38,979 nt of DNA from Armatimonadota bacterium (GTDB taxonomy: Bacteria > Sysuimicrobiota > Sysuimicrobiia > Sysuimicrobiales > Humicultoraceae). The translations under genes and the position numbers were made by a program. The stretch is from NCBI GenBank assembly GCA_052386995.1, contig JBQTJP010000051.1, forward strand, positions 1-38,979, read 5' to 3'. Position 1 is the stretch's first letter. Each line of letters starts with the position of its first letter. Under the pieces are notes generated by a model that saw nothing but the letters and a program-made list of their open reading frames with translations, had not been told where the DNA came from and ran no database searches. Positions 20,255 to 29,140 of the stretch are shown here, piece by piece.

Positions 20255-21111
20255 GCGCGCAGATACCGCCGCAATCCGACGGCGCTGGCGCAGAGGCCCA
20301 CCATGATGCCGAGGATCCAGACCGTGAGCACCGCGGTCGGCACCACATCGGCCGGAGGAAGCAGTGGGACGAACGGGAGTGACGCCGCGGCACGGCCGGC
20401 GAGCATGACATACCCTGCAGCCAGCAGACCGGTCGTCACCAGCGCCGCCGCGGCGCCCTGCAGGACACCCTCGACCAGGAACGGCCCCCGGACGAATCCA
20501 GGCGTGGCGCCTACCAGGGTCATGATCTCGATCTCCTGGCGACGGGACGCGACCGTCAGCCGGATCGTGTTCATGATGATCACGAGCGCCGCGGCTGCGA
20601 GCAGCGCGGCGAGCGCCGCACCGGTAACGCGCACCGCCCGCGTGAGCGCCACCAGCCGGTCCACCACCGGTGCGCCGAATACGACTTCGTCGACGCCCGG
20701 ACCCCGCCTCAACGCCTCCGCCCCCTCTCGGATCTGAGCGGCATCGGCGACACGCACCTCGATTGAATCCGGAAGCGGGTTGGTTCCGAGCAGGTCGCTG
20801 GTGGTCGCCAGCGCCCCGAACGTACGCTGCAGCCTTCGCAAAGCGGCGCCGCGCTCAACGATCGCGGCGCTATGCACCGATGGCAAGATTCTGGTGGTTG
20901 CAAGGATGCGCTGCTGCCGGGCCGCGGAGAGACCGTCGCGCAAGAACCCGACCACCTCCACCTGCCCCTCGAGAATCGCGGCCAGATGCACCAGGTTGGC
21001 CGACGCGATGACGCCGCCCCCGGCCACCGCGAGCGCAATGATGATCGTGCTCGTGGCCACCGCCGCCATGAGCGCGTTGCGGCGCAGCCCGCCGACCGCC
21101 TCGCGGAGCAT
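20251..21111 (-). CDS. ftsX: Cell division permease FtsX
   Basis: GLRRN, NPLPDS, IMNTIRL..RRQEIEIM.LVGAT..FVRGPFLVEG. Start uncertain (ATG 21111 or GTG 21159). Confidence 0.92.
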   Translation of the reverse strand: MLREAVGGLRRNALMAAVATSTIIIALAVAGGGVIASANLVHLAAILEGQVEVVGFLRDGLSAARQQRILATTRILPSVHSAAIVERGAALRRLQRTFGALATTSDLLGTNPLPDSIEVRVADAAQIREGAEALRRGPGVDEVVFGAPVVDRLVALTRAVRVTGAALAALLAAAALVIIMNTIRLTVASRRQEIEIMTLVGATPGFVRGPFLVEGVLQGAAAALVTTGLLAAGYVMLAGRAAASLPFVPLLPPADVVPTAVLTVWILGIMVGLCASAVGLRRYLRA

Positions 21112-21163
21112 AGCTTTGCCCGCGCCGGAGGAATCCCGGCGGCGCCGCGCGATGGGCACGGGC

Positions 21164-21850
21164 TCAGCGCGCGATCTCGTAGAGGCCCCGATGCTCATCT
21201 CGAACCACGCGGCCCGCCTTCAGCGCGATGACACGGCGTCGGAGGATATCGACCATCATGGGATTGTGCGTGGTGACGACCACGGTCGTTCCGCGCCGGT
21301 TGACGGTGCTCAGGAGCTGCATGATCTCCCAGGCGGCCGCCGGATCCAGATTGCCCGTGGGCTCGTCGGCCAGCACGATGTGCGGACGGTTCACGATTGC
21401 CCGCGCCACCCCTACCCGCTGCTGTTCGCCGCCCGACAGCCGGGCCGGCAAATCCCCACTGCGGTCGGCGAGCCCGACGACCTCCAGCGCCCACTGCACG
21501 CGCGGAGCGACCTCCATCGAGGGCACGCCGGTGACGCGAAGGGGAAACGCCACGTTCTCCGCGACAGTTCTGTCGGCCAGGAGCCGGAACTCCTGAAAGA
21601 CGACGCCCAACCGCCGGCGCAGATCAGGCACGCGCCCGGCCGGCAGCCCACCGAGATCGACGCCGTCGACGACGACCTGCCCCGCCGTCGGGCACTCGAT
21701 ACGCTGGATGAGCTTGAGAACGGTGGATTTTCCGCTTCCGGTGGGACCGACGAGGAATGCGAACTCCCCGGGCTCGATGCGAAGCGTGACGTTTTCGAGG
21801 GCCACAACGCCGGTCACATACCGCTTGCCGACGCCGTGAAAGTGGATCAT
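21164..21850 (-). CDS. ftsE: Cell division ATP-binding protein FtsE
   Basis: GPTGSGKST, LRRRLGVVFQ.FRLL, LSGGEQQRV, LADEPTGNLDP; adjacent to ftsX. Confidence 0.95.
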   Translation of the reverse strand: MIHFHGVGKRYVTGVVALENVTLRIEPGEFAFLVGPTGSGKSTVLKLIQRIECPTAGQVVVDGVDLGGLPAGRVPDLRRRLGVVFQEFRLLADRTVAENVAFPLRVTGVPSMEVAPRVQWALEVVGLADRSGDLPARLSGGEQQRVGVARAIVNRPHIVLADEPTGNLDPAAAWEIMQLLSTVNRRGTTVVVTTHNPMMVDILRRRVIALKAGRVVRDEHRGLYEIAR

Positions 21851-21910
21851 CGCTGCTCCGGCGAAAGGATGAATCGCTGCGACGACGCCTGCTACAACGC
21901 CGTGCGCCGA

Positions 21911-21937
21911 ATTCTCCGTGTCTGCGTGATCTCCTGC
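21911..21937 (-). promoter_or_regulatory. Candidate SigH-like promoter for ftsE (GCAGGA-N17-GAAT)
   Basis: Minus strand GCAGGA GATCACGCAGACACGGA GAAT; closest match here to the B. subtilis sigma-H AGGA...GAAT pattern. Confidence 0.6.
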
Positions 21938-21970
21938 CCGCGCGAAGGCCGGCGTAGACGTGCTATCCGA

Positions 21971-22735
21971 TCACGTGACGGTGAGACTCCAGGTGGCGAG
22001 CTCCCGCAGCAGCCCGTCATCGGTCATGTTGAGATGGATGGGCGTCACGGAAATGCGGCCGGCCGCCACGGCCCAGCCGTCGGTCCCTTCGTCGTCATTC
22101 GCGGGCTCGCGCTCGCCCGTCAGCCAGTAGTACGCGTGCCCGCGGGGGTCGGTGCGCTTCTCCAAGCGCGAGAGGTAGCGCCGCCAGCTCTGCCGCGTAA
22201 TGGCAACGCCCTTCATCGCATCGGCAGCCAGGTTCGGGACGTTGACATTGAAGACCGTATCGCCGGACAATCCGCGCTCCGTGACGAGCCTGGCGAGCCG
22301 CTCGGCAAAGGGCGCGGCCACCTCAAAGCGCACGTCGGTAAACGACGCGACCGAGATCGCGATGCTAGGAATGCCGAGGATCGCGCCCTCGAGGGCAGCG
22401 GAGACGGTTCCCGAGTAGGTGAGATCGAGCCCGAGATTTGGACCCACGTTGATGCCCGAGACGACGATGTCCGGGCGGCTTCCGAGGAGTTCGCGGACGC
22501 CCAGCACCACACAGTCCGCAGGGGTGCCGTTGGTCGCCCAGGCCGTAATCCCCTTGGCGAAGGTCAAGGATGGCCGGGCGCGCAGCGGTTTGTGCAGCGT
22601 GATCGCGTGTCCGGTTGCGCTGCGCTGATGTTCGGGTGCGACCACGGTCGTCTCATGGTGAGGGCCGAAGGCCTCGGCGAGCGCGCGCAAACCGGGCGAA
22701 TGGATGCCGTCGTCGTTGGTGAGCAGAACCTTCAT
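21971..22735 (-). CDS. surE: 5'/3'-nucleotidase SurE
   Basis: LLTNDDG, GTPADCV, SGINVGPN, YSGTV; ATGA overlap with cutA. Confidence 0.96.
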   Translation of the reverse strand: MKVLLTNDDGIHSPGLRALAEAFGPHHETTVVAPEHQRSATGHAITLHKPLRARPSLTFAKGITAWATNGTPADCVVLGVRELLGSRPDIVVSGINVGPNLGLDLTYSGTVSAALEGAILGIPSIAISVASFTDVRFEVAAPFAERLARLVTERGLSGDTVFNVNVPNLAADAMKGVAITRQSWRRYLSRLEKRTDPRGHAYYWLTGEREPANDDEGTDGWAVAAGRISVTPIHLNMTDDGLLRELATWSLTVT

Positions 22736-23070
22736 CCCGCGTCGGTGCCCGCCTGGACGCGGAGCTCTCCCGCCAGCCACTCCAGGTAGGGCCCGGAGCC
22801 GCCGGTGATCGGGAGCGCGATGACTTCGGGCACGATGTAAGAGTGCAGCGTGCCGACGCGTTCCACAAGCGCGTTCAACAGGTGGCGGCCTGTCTTGATG
22901 ACGAGGAGCACCTCCGCGGTGTCTTCGAGCTGTCCCTGCCAGCGATAAATTGAGCGCAGCCCCTCGATGATGTTCACACAGGCGGCGAGCTTCTCGTCGA
23001 CCAAAGCACGCGCCAGCCGGGCGGCCTCGTCGGAGCTGCTGGCGGTCACCAGCACAACCAGGGGTTCCAT
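22732..23070 (-). CDS. cutA: Divergent cation tolerance protein CutA
   Basis: LAACVN, SIYRWQG, HSY.VPEVI, YLEWL. Confidence 0.95.
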   Translation of the reverse strand: MEPLVVLVTASSSDEAARLARALVDEKLAACVNIIEGLRSIYRWQGQLEDTAEVLLVIKTGRHLLNALVERVGTLHSYIVPEVIALPITGGSGPYLEWLAGELRVQAGTDAG

Positions 23071-23100
23071 TGGAAATGGCTGCCGGGAGTCTAGCCTGGC

Positions 23101-24264
23101 CTAATCCTGCTCACGCCACCAGTCCGGAGACACGTCGCGGAGCGACCGTACCTTGCGGACGCTGGGGCGCGTCCCTGCCCGTTCCTTGGCGACGCGCGCC
23201 CGGAGCTGTTCGAACTCGCGCAGGTCGGTCAGCACCTTCAAGGTATTCCAGACGGCCTCTTCTACGTGCTCGCCGCCCTCTTTCTGCACGAGCGCCACCA
23301 GCGGGTCGATGACGCGCTTGTCGCGCAGCTTGCCCAGGATGCGGATGGCGAGGCGCTTGACCTCCACATCCTCATCGTCCAGCGACGTGATCAGCTGGTC
23401 GGCCGCCCCGTCTGCGAACAGCGCAAACAGCACGCGCAGCGCGAACCGGCGGACCTTGGGCATCGGGTTCTCAAGCGCGGTGCGGAGCTGGCCGACGATT
23501 TCTCCGCGCGGTCGCCCCGAGAACGCCTCGAGCACCATCTTCGGCGGATGGATTTCGCGGTCGACGTGCCCGGGCTCGGCGCCGTCGAGCACGCCCCGCT
23601 CCTCGAGACGCGCGAGCGTCGCGACGACCGCCTCCTGCATGCGCGGATCACGCAGGAAGAGATCGACCAGCGGGCGGACAATGCGGTGATCGCCCACCCG
23701 GCCGAGCACCGAGATCGCCGTCACCTGGACGACCTGGCTGTCGTGGGCGAGCGCCGCCAGCAGGTTGTCGATTGCCCGCGGCCCGATCTCGACCAGAATT
23801 TTCATCACCTGCGTGCCGATCTTGCGTCGCAGGACTTTGTCCTCGAACGCCGCCATCAGTATGGCCACGGCGTCCGGTCCGATGCGGACCAGGGCCTCGG
23901 TAGCCGCCAGCTGCAACGACCGCTCGCGCCGGGCCAGCACGCGAATGAGTGGCTCCACGGCGCCTTTGTCGCGGATATCGCGCAGACCGTTGACCGCCTG
24001 CAGCACGACCTGCTCGCTGCGGTCCGCCAGCGCGGCGCGCAGGGCCTCTCCCGCCGAGGGCCCGCTGATCCGGCGCAGCGCCATCACCGCGCTCTTGCGG
24101 ACATATTCGTCGGAATCCTGAAGCGCGCGCGCCAGGGCCTCGACCGCTCCCTCGTCGCCCAGTTTTCCGAGCGCGTGGGCAGCGTCGCTGCGCACGGTCA
24201 CGTCGCTGCTCTCAAGCTGCCGGAGATAGCGTTGCAGCTCGTCGGCCTTGGCGGCCTCCGGCAT
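23101..24264 (-). CDS. HEAT/PBS-lyase repeat protein
   Basis: Repeated VR..AA.ALG.LGD..AV..L...L.D units throughout; AGGAGG RBS. Confidence 0.85.
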   Translation of the reverse strand: MPEAAKADELQRYLRQLESSDVTVRSDAAHALGKLGDEGAVEALARALQDSDEYVRKSAVMALRRISGPSAGEALRAALADRSEQVVLQAVNGLRDIRDKGAVEPLIRVLARRERSLQLAATEALVRIGPDAVAILMAAFEDKVLRRKIGTQVMKILVEIGPRAIDNLLAALAHDSQVVQVTAISVLGRVGDHRIVRPLVDLFLRDPRMQEAVVATLARLEERGVLDGAEPGHVDREIHPPKMVLEAFSGRPRGEIVGQLRTALENPMPKVRRFALRVLFALFADGAADQLITSLDDEDVEVKRLAIRILGKLRDKRVIDPLVALVQKEGGEHVEEAVWNTLKVLTDLREFEQLRARVAKERAGTRPSVRKVRSLRDVSPDWWREQD

Positions 24265-24304
24265 TTGCCATCCTCCTGATTTACAACACGGGATGTGCCC
24301 AACC

Positions 24305-24327
24305 GGCGTCGGGTCAAGCCCGACGCC
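24305..24327. repeat. Perfect 9-bp inverted repeat upstream of the HEAT gene
   Basis: GGCGTCGGG-TCAAG-CCCGACGCC. Confidence 0.7.
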
Positions 24328-24524
24328 TCCTCAGCATCCGGCTCGCCACGCTCGCCCTAACGCTGGCACCCTCATTATGCATCATTCTCCGCGCGACAGC
24401 CATGTCCCCTCCCCACAGGGCCGGCCTCGGGTCTTCGAGTACAGCCTTTGAGCGATGCCGGGTCGTGACCGGCTGATCCACGTCGTCAACGAGACCACCG
24501 ACGCAGTCCGAAGCCCGGCGGCGC

Positions 24525-24554
24525 TTGCATCCACGGCGCCGGCTTCTTTATACT
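24525..24554 (+). promoter_or_regulatory. Sigma70-type promoter giving a probably leaderless mRNA
   Basis: TTGCAT-N18-TATACT, then 7 nt to ATG 24562; no clear SD. Confidence 0.7.
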
Positions 24555-24561
24555 GGCGGCA

Positions 24562-24906
24562 ATGGCGAAAAGCCCGGACGTCCGTTTCGCCCACTCCAGT
24601 GAGGCGGAACTCGCCCGGATCCTGGATTTCTACGGCATCCGGTGGGAGTACGAACCCCGATCGTTCCCGCTCGAATGGGACGAGGAAGGCCGCATCGCCG
24701 AGAGTTTTAGCCCGGACTTCTACCTCCCCGATTTCGACGTCTACATCGAGCTCACGACGCTCAAGCAAAGCCTGGTGACCCGCAAGAACCGCAAGGTGCG
24801 GCGCATGCGCGAGCTCTACCCCGATGTACGGGTCAAGATTTTCTACGGCCGTGACTTCCGCAGCCTGCTGGCGAAGTACGACCTGATACCCACCGCGATC
24901 CGCTGA
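24562..24906 (+). CDS. Small PD-(D/E)XK nuclease-fold-like hypothetical protein
   Basis: FAHSSE..A..LD..GI.WEYEP..F.L...FSPDFYLP...YIEL pattern; own promoter; TGATG overlap with hpt. Confidence 0.75.
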   Translation: MAKSPDVRFAHSSEAELARILDFYGIRWEYEPRSFPLEWDEEGRIAESFSPDFYLPDFDVYIELTTLKQSLVTRKNRKVRRMRELYPDVRVKIFYGRDFRSLLAKYDLIPTAIR

Positions 24907-25478
24907 TGTCGGTGCCACCGATCCGGGAGGTGCTCCTGAGCGAGGAGCAGATCCAGGAACGGGTGCGTACGCTCGCCGCCGAGATCACCCGCGACTACGC
25001 TGGCCGCGAGCTCGTGATGGTGACGGTCCTCAGGGGCGCTCTCTATTTCCTCGCCGACCTGACCAGGGCCCTCCAGATCCCGGTCGTCATCGACTTCATG
25101 GCCATCTCTTCGTACCGGGGAGGCAAGGGGCCGTCCGGGGTCGTCCGTCTGATGAAAGACCTGGACGAAGAGATCACCGGCCGCCATGTGCTGCTGGTCG
25201 AAGACATCATCGACACCGGCCTGACGGCCTCGTATCTGCTTCGCGTGCTGCGCGCGCGCGACCCGGCCGACCTGGCGATCTGCACGCTGCTCGACAAGAC
25301 CGCCAGGCGCATCGTCGATGGCCTGCCGATTCGCTATCGTGGCTTCGAGATCCCGGATGAGTTCGTGGTTGGGTACGGACTCGACCACCGGCAGCTCTAC
25401 CGGAATCTGCCGTACATCGCGGTGCTCTCCGACCAGGCCTTTCGCTCCGCGCCCGCCGCCTCGTCTGGAACCGGATAA
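24906..25478 (+). CDS. hpt: Hypoxanthine phosphoribosyltransferase
   Basis: VLRGA..FLADL, DFMAISSY, VEDIIDTGLT, FVVGYGLD, YRNLPYI. Confidence 0.95.
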   Translation: MSVPPIREVLLSEEQIQERVRTLAAEITRDYAGRELVMVTVLRGALYFLADLTRALQIPVVIDFMAISSYRGGKGPSGVVRLMKDLDEEITGRHVLLVEDIIDTGLTASYLLRVLRARDPADLAICTLLDKTARRIVDGLPIRYRGFEIPDEFVVGYGLDHRQLYRNLPYIAVLSDQAFRSAPAASSGTG

Positions 25479-26995
25479 CACCACCCGAGGGTAGGCCCAT
25501 CCTGGCCCTGCGCGGCATTACAAAAGCGTTCCCCGGCGTCCTGGCCAATGACGCGGTCTCTCTGGACGTGGCCGCGGGCGAAGTCCATGCGCTGCTCGGC
25601 GAGAACGGCGCCGGCAAGACCACCCTCATGAACATTCTCTACGGCGTCTACCAGCCGGATCGCGGCGAGATCCGGCTGCGGGACCGCCTCGTGCGGATCC
25701 GCTCGCCGCGCGACGCCATCGCGCTCGGGATCGGCATGGTCCCCCAGCACTTCCTGCTCATCCGCCGGCACACCGTGGCCGAGAACATCGCGCTGGGGCT
25801 CGCGGGCACGCGCACGCTCCTCCCCGCGCGCAGGATCGAGGCGCAGGTGGCCGCCCTGGCGTCCAGGTACGGACTGGCGACCGACCCGCGGGCCCGCATC
25901 TGGCAGCTCTCGCCGGGCGAGCAGCAGCGCGTGGAGATCCTCAAGGCCCTCATCCGCGGGGCGCGGACGCTCATCCTTGACGAACCCACCAGCGTGCTGA
26001 CCCCTCAGGAGGCGCGCGCACTGTTCAGCGTCCTTGCGCGAATGAAGCAGGAAGGGCACGCGATCATCTTCATCTCCCACAAGCTCGATGAGGTCATGAC
26101 GATCGCCGATCGCGTGACCGTGTTGCGGCGTGGCCGCGTCGTGGGGACGGTGCCAATCCGCGACACGGACAAACGCAGCCTGGCGCGGATGATGGTCGGG
26201 CGCGACGTCGAGCTCCAGGTGCGTCGGGAGCCGCGCAGCGCGCAGGGAGAAGCGCTGGTGATCGACGGCATGACGGCCACGAACGATCGTAATCTGCCGG
26301 CGTTGCGGGGTATCTCGCTCACCGCCGACCGCGGCGAGATTCTGGGCGTGGCGGGAGTCGCGGGCAACGGGCAGCGGGAGCTCGTCGAGGTGCTGACCGG
26401 CCTGCGCCCGGCGCGAGGTGGACGAGTGCGCCTCAACGGCCGCGACATCACGAACCTCTCGGCCCGCGCGCTGCACGAGGCCGGCGTCGCCCACATCCCC
26501 GAAGATCGCATGCTGCTGGGCATCGTCCCGACGATGTCGGTCGCGGAGAACCTGGTGCTCAAGCAGTACCGGTATCCGCCGTTGTCGCGCGGCCAGATCA
26601 TCGACCATCAGGCCGTCACGCGGTACGCCCGCCGGATGATCACCGACTACGAGATCACCACGCCCGGGCCCCAGACACCCGCGCGGTTGCTCTCGGGAGG
26701 GAACATCCAGCGGCTCATCCTCGGCCGCGAACTGTCGGGGCGACCACACCTGATCGTTGCCGCCCACCCTACGGCGGGACTGGACGTGCGCGCTACGGAG
26801 CAGATCCACAGCCTGCTCTTGAAACGCCGGCGAGAAGGCACGGCGATCGTGCTCGTCTCGGAGGATCTCGACGAGATCCTGGCGCTCTCGGACCGAATCG
26901 CGGTGCTGTTCTCCGGCGAGATCGCCGGCGTGGTGGCGGCCGCGGAAGCGGATCGTGAGCGGATCGGCCTCATGATGACGGGGCAGCGCGCGTGA
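25475..26995 (+). CDS. Nucleoside/sugar ABC transporter ATP-binding protein (tandem ABC domains)
   Basis: GENGAGKTT, LDEPT.VL, FISHKL, IPEDR, LSGGNIQ. The conserved ITK.FPGV.AND segment lies upstream of the first canonical start (GTG 25568), so the start is placed tentatively at ATA 25475. Confidence 0.88.
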   Translation: MTPPEGRPILALRGITKAFPGVLANDAVSLDVAAGEVHALLGENGAGKTTLMNILYGVYQPDRGEIRLRDRLVRIRSPRDAIALGIGMVPQHFLLIRRHTVAENIALGLAGTRTLLPARRIEAQVAALASRYGLATDPRARIWQLSPGEQQRVEILKALIRGARTLILDEPTSVLTPQEARALFSVLARMKQEGHAIIFISHKLDEVMTIADRVTVLRRGRVVGTVPIRDTDKRSLARMMVGRDVELQVRREPRSAQGEALVIDGMTATNDRNLPALRGISLTADRGEILGVAGVAGNGQRELVEVLTGLRPARGGRVRLNGRDITNLSARALHEAGVAHIPEDRMLLGIVPTMSVAENLVLKQYRYPPLSRGQIIDHQAVTRYARRMITDYEITTPGPQTPARLLSGGNIQRLILGRELSGRPHLIVAAHPTAGLDVRATEQIHSLLLKRRREGTAIVLVSEDLDEILALSDRIAVLFSGEIAGVVAAAEADRERIGLMMTGQRA

Positions 26996-28149
26996 AGCGG
27001 CTCGGGCCGCTGCGGCTCGAACGGGATCCCGCTCCCACATGGTCGTGGATACTGGCGGTGTCGGTCGGCGCGGTACTGGCAGCGCTCGTGGCCGCGGGCG
27101 GGGTGTTCTGGGCGTTCGGAATCAACCCCCTACGGGCCTACGCGACGATCCTCGGCGGGACTCTGAACGCGCAGTCGGCGCCCGAGATCTTCAGGCAGAC
27201 CATCCCGTTGCTGCTGTGCGGCGTCGGGCTGGTCGTGGCGTTCCGCGCCCAGTTCTGGAACATCGGGGCCGAGGGTCAACTGCTCCTAGGGGCGGTCGGC
27301 GCCACGGCCGTCGCGCTCTTCGCGCCGCTGCCACCGCTGCTGCTCGTGCCCGCGATGTTCGCTGCCGGCTTTCTGTGCGGAGCGATCTGGGGCGCACTCC
27401 CCGCCGTCCTGCGTCTGCGGCTCGATGTCAACGAAGTCATCACCACCTTGATGATGAACTACATCGCGCTCTTCTTTGTGGAATGGCTCATCCACGGCCC
27501 GTGGAAGGGGCAGGAGTCGTTCGGATTTGCGTACACCGACACATTCCCGCAGGCGGCCTGGCTGCCGGTGATCTCGGGCACGCGGGCGCACTGGATCACT
27601 CTCGTCATCGGCGTGCTCCTGGCCGGCGGGCTCGCGTTCGTGCTGGCGCGCACGCGGCTCGGCTTCGAGGTCCGAGTGCTCGGGCAGAATGCGGCGGCGG
27701 CGCGCTACGCCGGCATCGATCCGCTGCGCACGACCCTCGCCGCGATGATCATCTCGGCCGGCGCGGCCGGTCTGGCAGGCGTCGGTGAGGTGGCCGGCAT
27801 CCACCACAAGCTGCTGGCCCCGGACCAGGTGTCGTTAGGATACGGCTACGCGGCGATCATCGTTGCCTGGCTGGCACGGGGCAGCCCGGTGGCGGCGATC
27901 CTGACGGCAACCTTCCTCGGCCTGATCTATTCGAGCGGCGACGTGATGAAGGTCACCCTCCAACTGCCATTTCGAGTCACGGATATCTTCAACGGATTGA
28001 TCCTGATGTTCCTGATCGGCAGCGAACGTCTCCTCTTCTATCGGATACGATGGGGGGCGCGCGCCCGCGCGCCGGCGCCGCATGGCGCGCCGGCCAATGT
28101 CGATCAAGAGCCATCACCCGTTGGCGGGAATCCCGGGCGCGGCCAATGA
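26992..28149 (+). CDS. Nucleoside ABC transporter permease
   Basis: WNIGAEGQ, NEVITTLMMNY, AARYAG, GYGYAAI.VA.L. Confidence 0.88.
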   Translation: MKRLGPLRLERDPAPTWSWILAVSVGAVLAALVAAGGVFWAFGINPLRAYATILGGTLNAQSAPEIFRQTIPLLLCGVGLVVAFRAQFWNIGAEGQLLLGAVGATAVALFAPLPPLLLVPAMFAAGFLCGAIWGALPAVLRLRLDVNEVITTLMMNYIALFFVEWLIHGPWKGQESFGFAYTDTFPQAAWLPVISGTRAHWITLVIGVLLAGGLAFVLARTRLGFEVRVLGQNAAAARYAGIDPLRTTLAAMIISAGAAGLAGVGEVAGIHHKLLAPDQVSLGYGYAAIIVAWLARGSPVAAILTATFLGLIYSSGDVMKVTLQLPFRVTDIFNGLILMFLIGSERLLFYRIRWGARARAPAPHGAPANVDQEPSPVGGNPGRGQ

Positions 28150-29009
28150 TACTGGAGTGGATCGTCACAACGGTCGTCCGGGCGATCGCCGTCGGGACAC
28201 CACTGCTGTGGGCCTCTCTCGGCGAGATCTACGCCGAGCGATCGGGTGTGGTGAACCTCGGCGTCGAAGGCATGATGATTCTCGGCGCGTTCTTTGCCTT
28301 CGCGGTGGCGCACACCACCGGCGATCCGCTCATCGGATTGCTGGCGGCCTCCGCGGCCGGCGGCGTGGCCGCGCTGCTGCACGCGCTCGTCTCGGTCACG
28401 CTGCGCGCAAACCAGTACGTCTCGGGCCTAGCCCTGGCAATGCTGGGGCTGGGAATAGCCGGCGTGCTCGGACGCGGATGGGAAGGCATTCCGCTGTCGA
28501 ATGCGCTGCCGGAGATCTCGGCCTTCAACTACCTGGGTCTGGTGGTCGCCGGCGCGCTCTGGTTCATCCTCTATCACACGCGTGTGGGGCTCATCGTCCG
28601 GTCGACCGGGGAATCGCCGGCCGCCGCGGACGCCGTGGGCGTGAACGTCGCCCTCGTGCGCTACGCCTGCGTGGTCACGGGCGGCGTGCTCGCCGGCGTT
28701 GCCGGCGGATTTCTCTCCGTGGCGTACCGCCCCTCATGGACCGAAGGCATGACCGGCGGCATGGGCTGGATCGCGCTCGCCATTGCCATCTTCGCGGGCT
28801 GGGATCCGCTGAAAGCCGTCTGGGGCTCGCTGTTATTTGGGGCGCTGTTCTTCCTTTCATTCCGGCTGCAGACGTGGATCGCCCCGGAGGTCCTGCGCAT
28901 GATGCCATTTGCATTCACCATCCTGGTTCTCGCTGTCACCGCCCGCAGCCGGCGCGGGCAGGCTGCGCCCGAGGCCCTGGGAATTCCCTACGAAGGCGGA
29001 CAGAAGTAA
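28146..29009 (+). CDS. Nucleoside ABC transporter permease
   Basis: ERSGVVNLGVEGMM, ANQ.VSG, GE.P.AAD..G, G.GWIALA; ATGA overlap with the preceding permease. Confidence 0.88.
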   Translation: MILEWIVTTVVRAIAVGTPLLWASLGEIYAERSGVVNLGVEGMMILGAFFAFAVAHTTGDPLIGLLAASAAGGVAALLHALVSVTLRANQYVSGLALAMLGLGIAGVLGRGWEGIPLSNALPEISAFNYLGLVVAGALWFILYHTRVGLIVRSTGESPAAADAVGVNVALVRYACVVTGGVLAGVAGGFLSVAYRPSWTEGMTGGMGWIALAIAIFAGWDPLKAVWGSLLFGALFFLSFRLQTWIAPEVLRMMPFAFTILVLAVTARSRRGQAAPEALGIPYEGGQK

Positions 29010-29018
29010 ACCGAGGCG

Positions 29019-29046
29019 GCAGGTCCGCCGCCGCACGTGGTCGAAA
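29019..29046 (+). promoter_or_regulatory. Candidate SigH-like internal promoter for the BMP gene (GCAGGT-N18-GAAA)
   Basis: GCAGGT CCGCCGCCGCACGTGGTC GAAA; spacer one base longer than the other copies. Confidence 0.4.
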
Positions 29047-29140
29047 TGCCATATTAGGGAGTGGGGCGCACCTCAGACACAATAGCTGGTACCCGGTCCT
29101 AACCGCCGGGGCTAAATCTGCGCGCTCTGGGAGGCAGCGT

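Noticed and set aside
24314..24403. 29-codon minus-strand ORF (MAVARRMMHN...) behind GGGAGG
   Set aside because: No motif support, atypical codon usage, and it overlaps the likely regulatory region.
29066..29123. Canonical purine riboswitch
   Set aside because: Lacks P2, the L2 GG and the GUUUCUAC junction; kept only as an unclassified structured leader.
28082..29140. Apparent 736-aa fusion ORF ending in the BMP domain
   Set aside because: The N-terminal part is an Arg-rich alternate frame of the permease gene; the RBS and signal peptide place the start at 29141.
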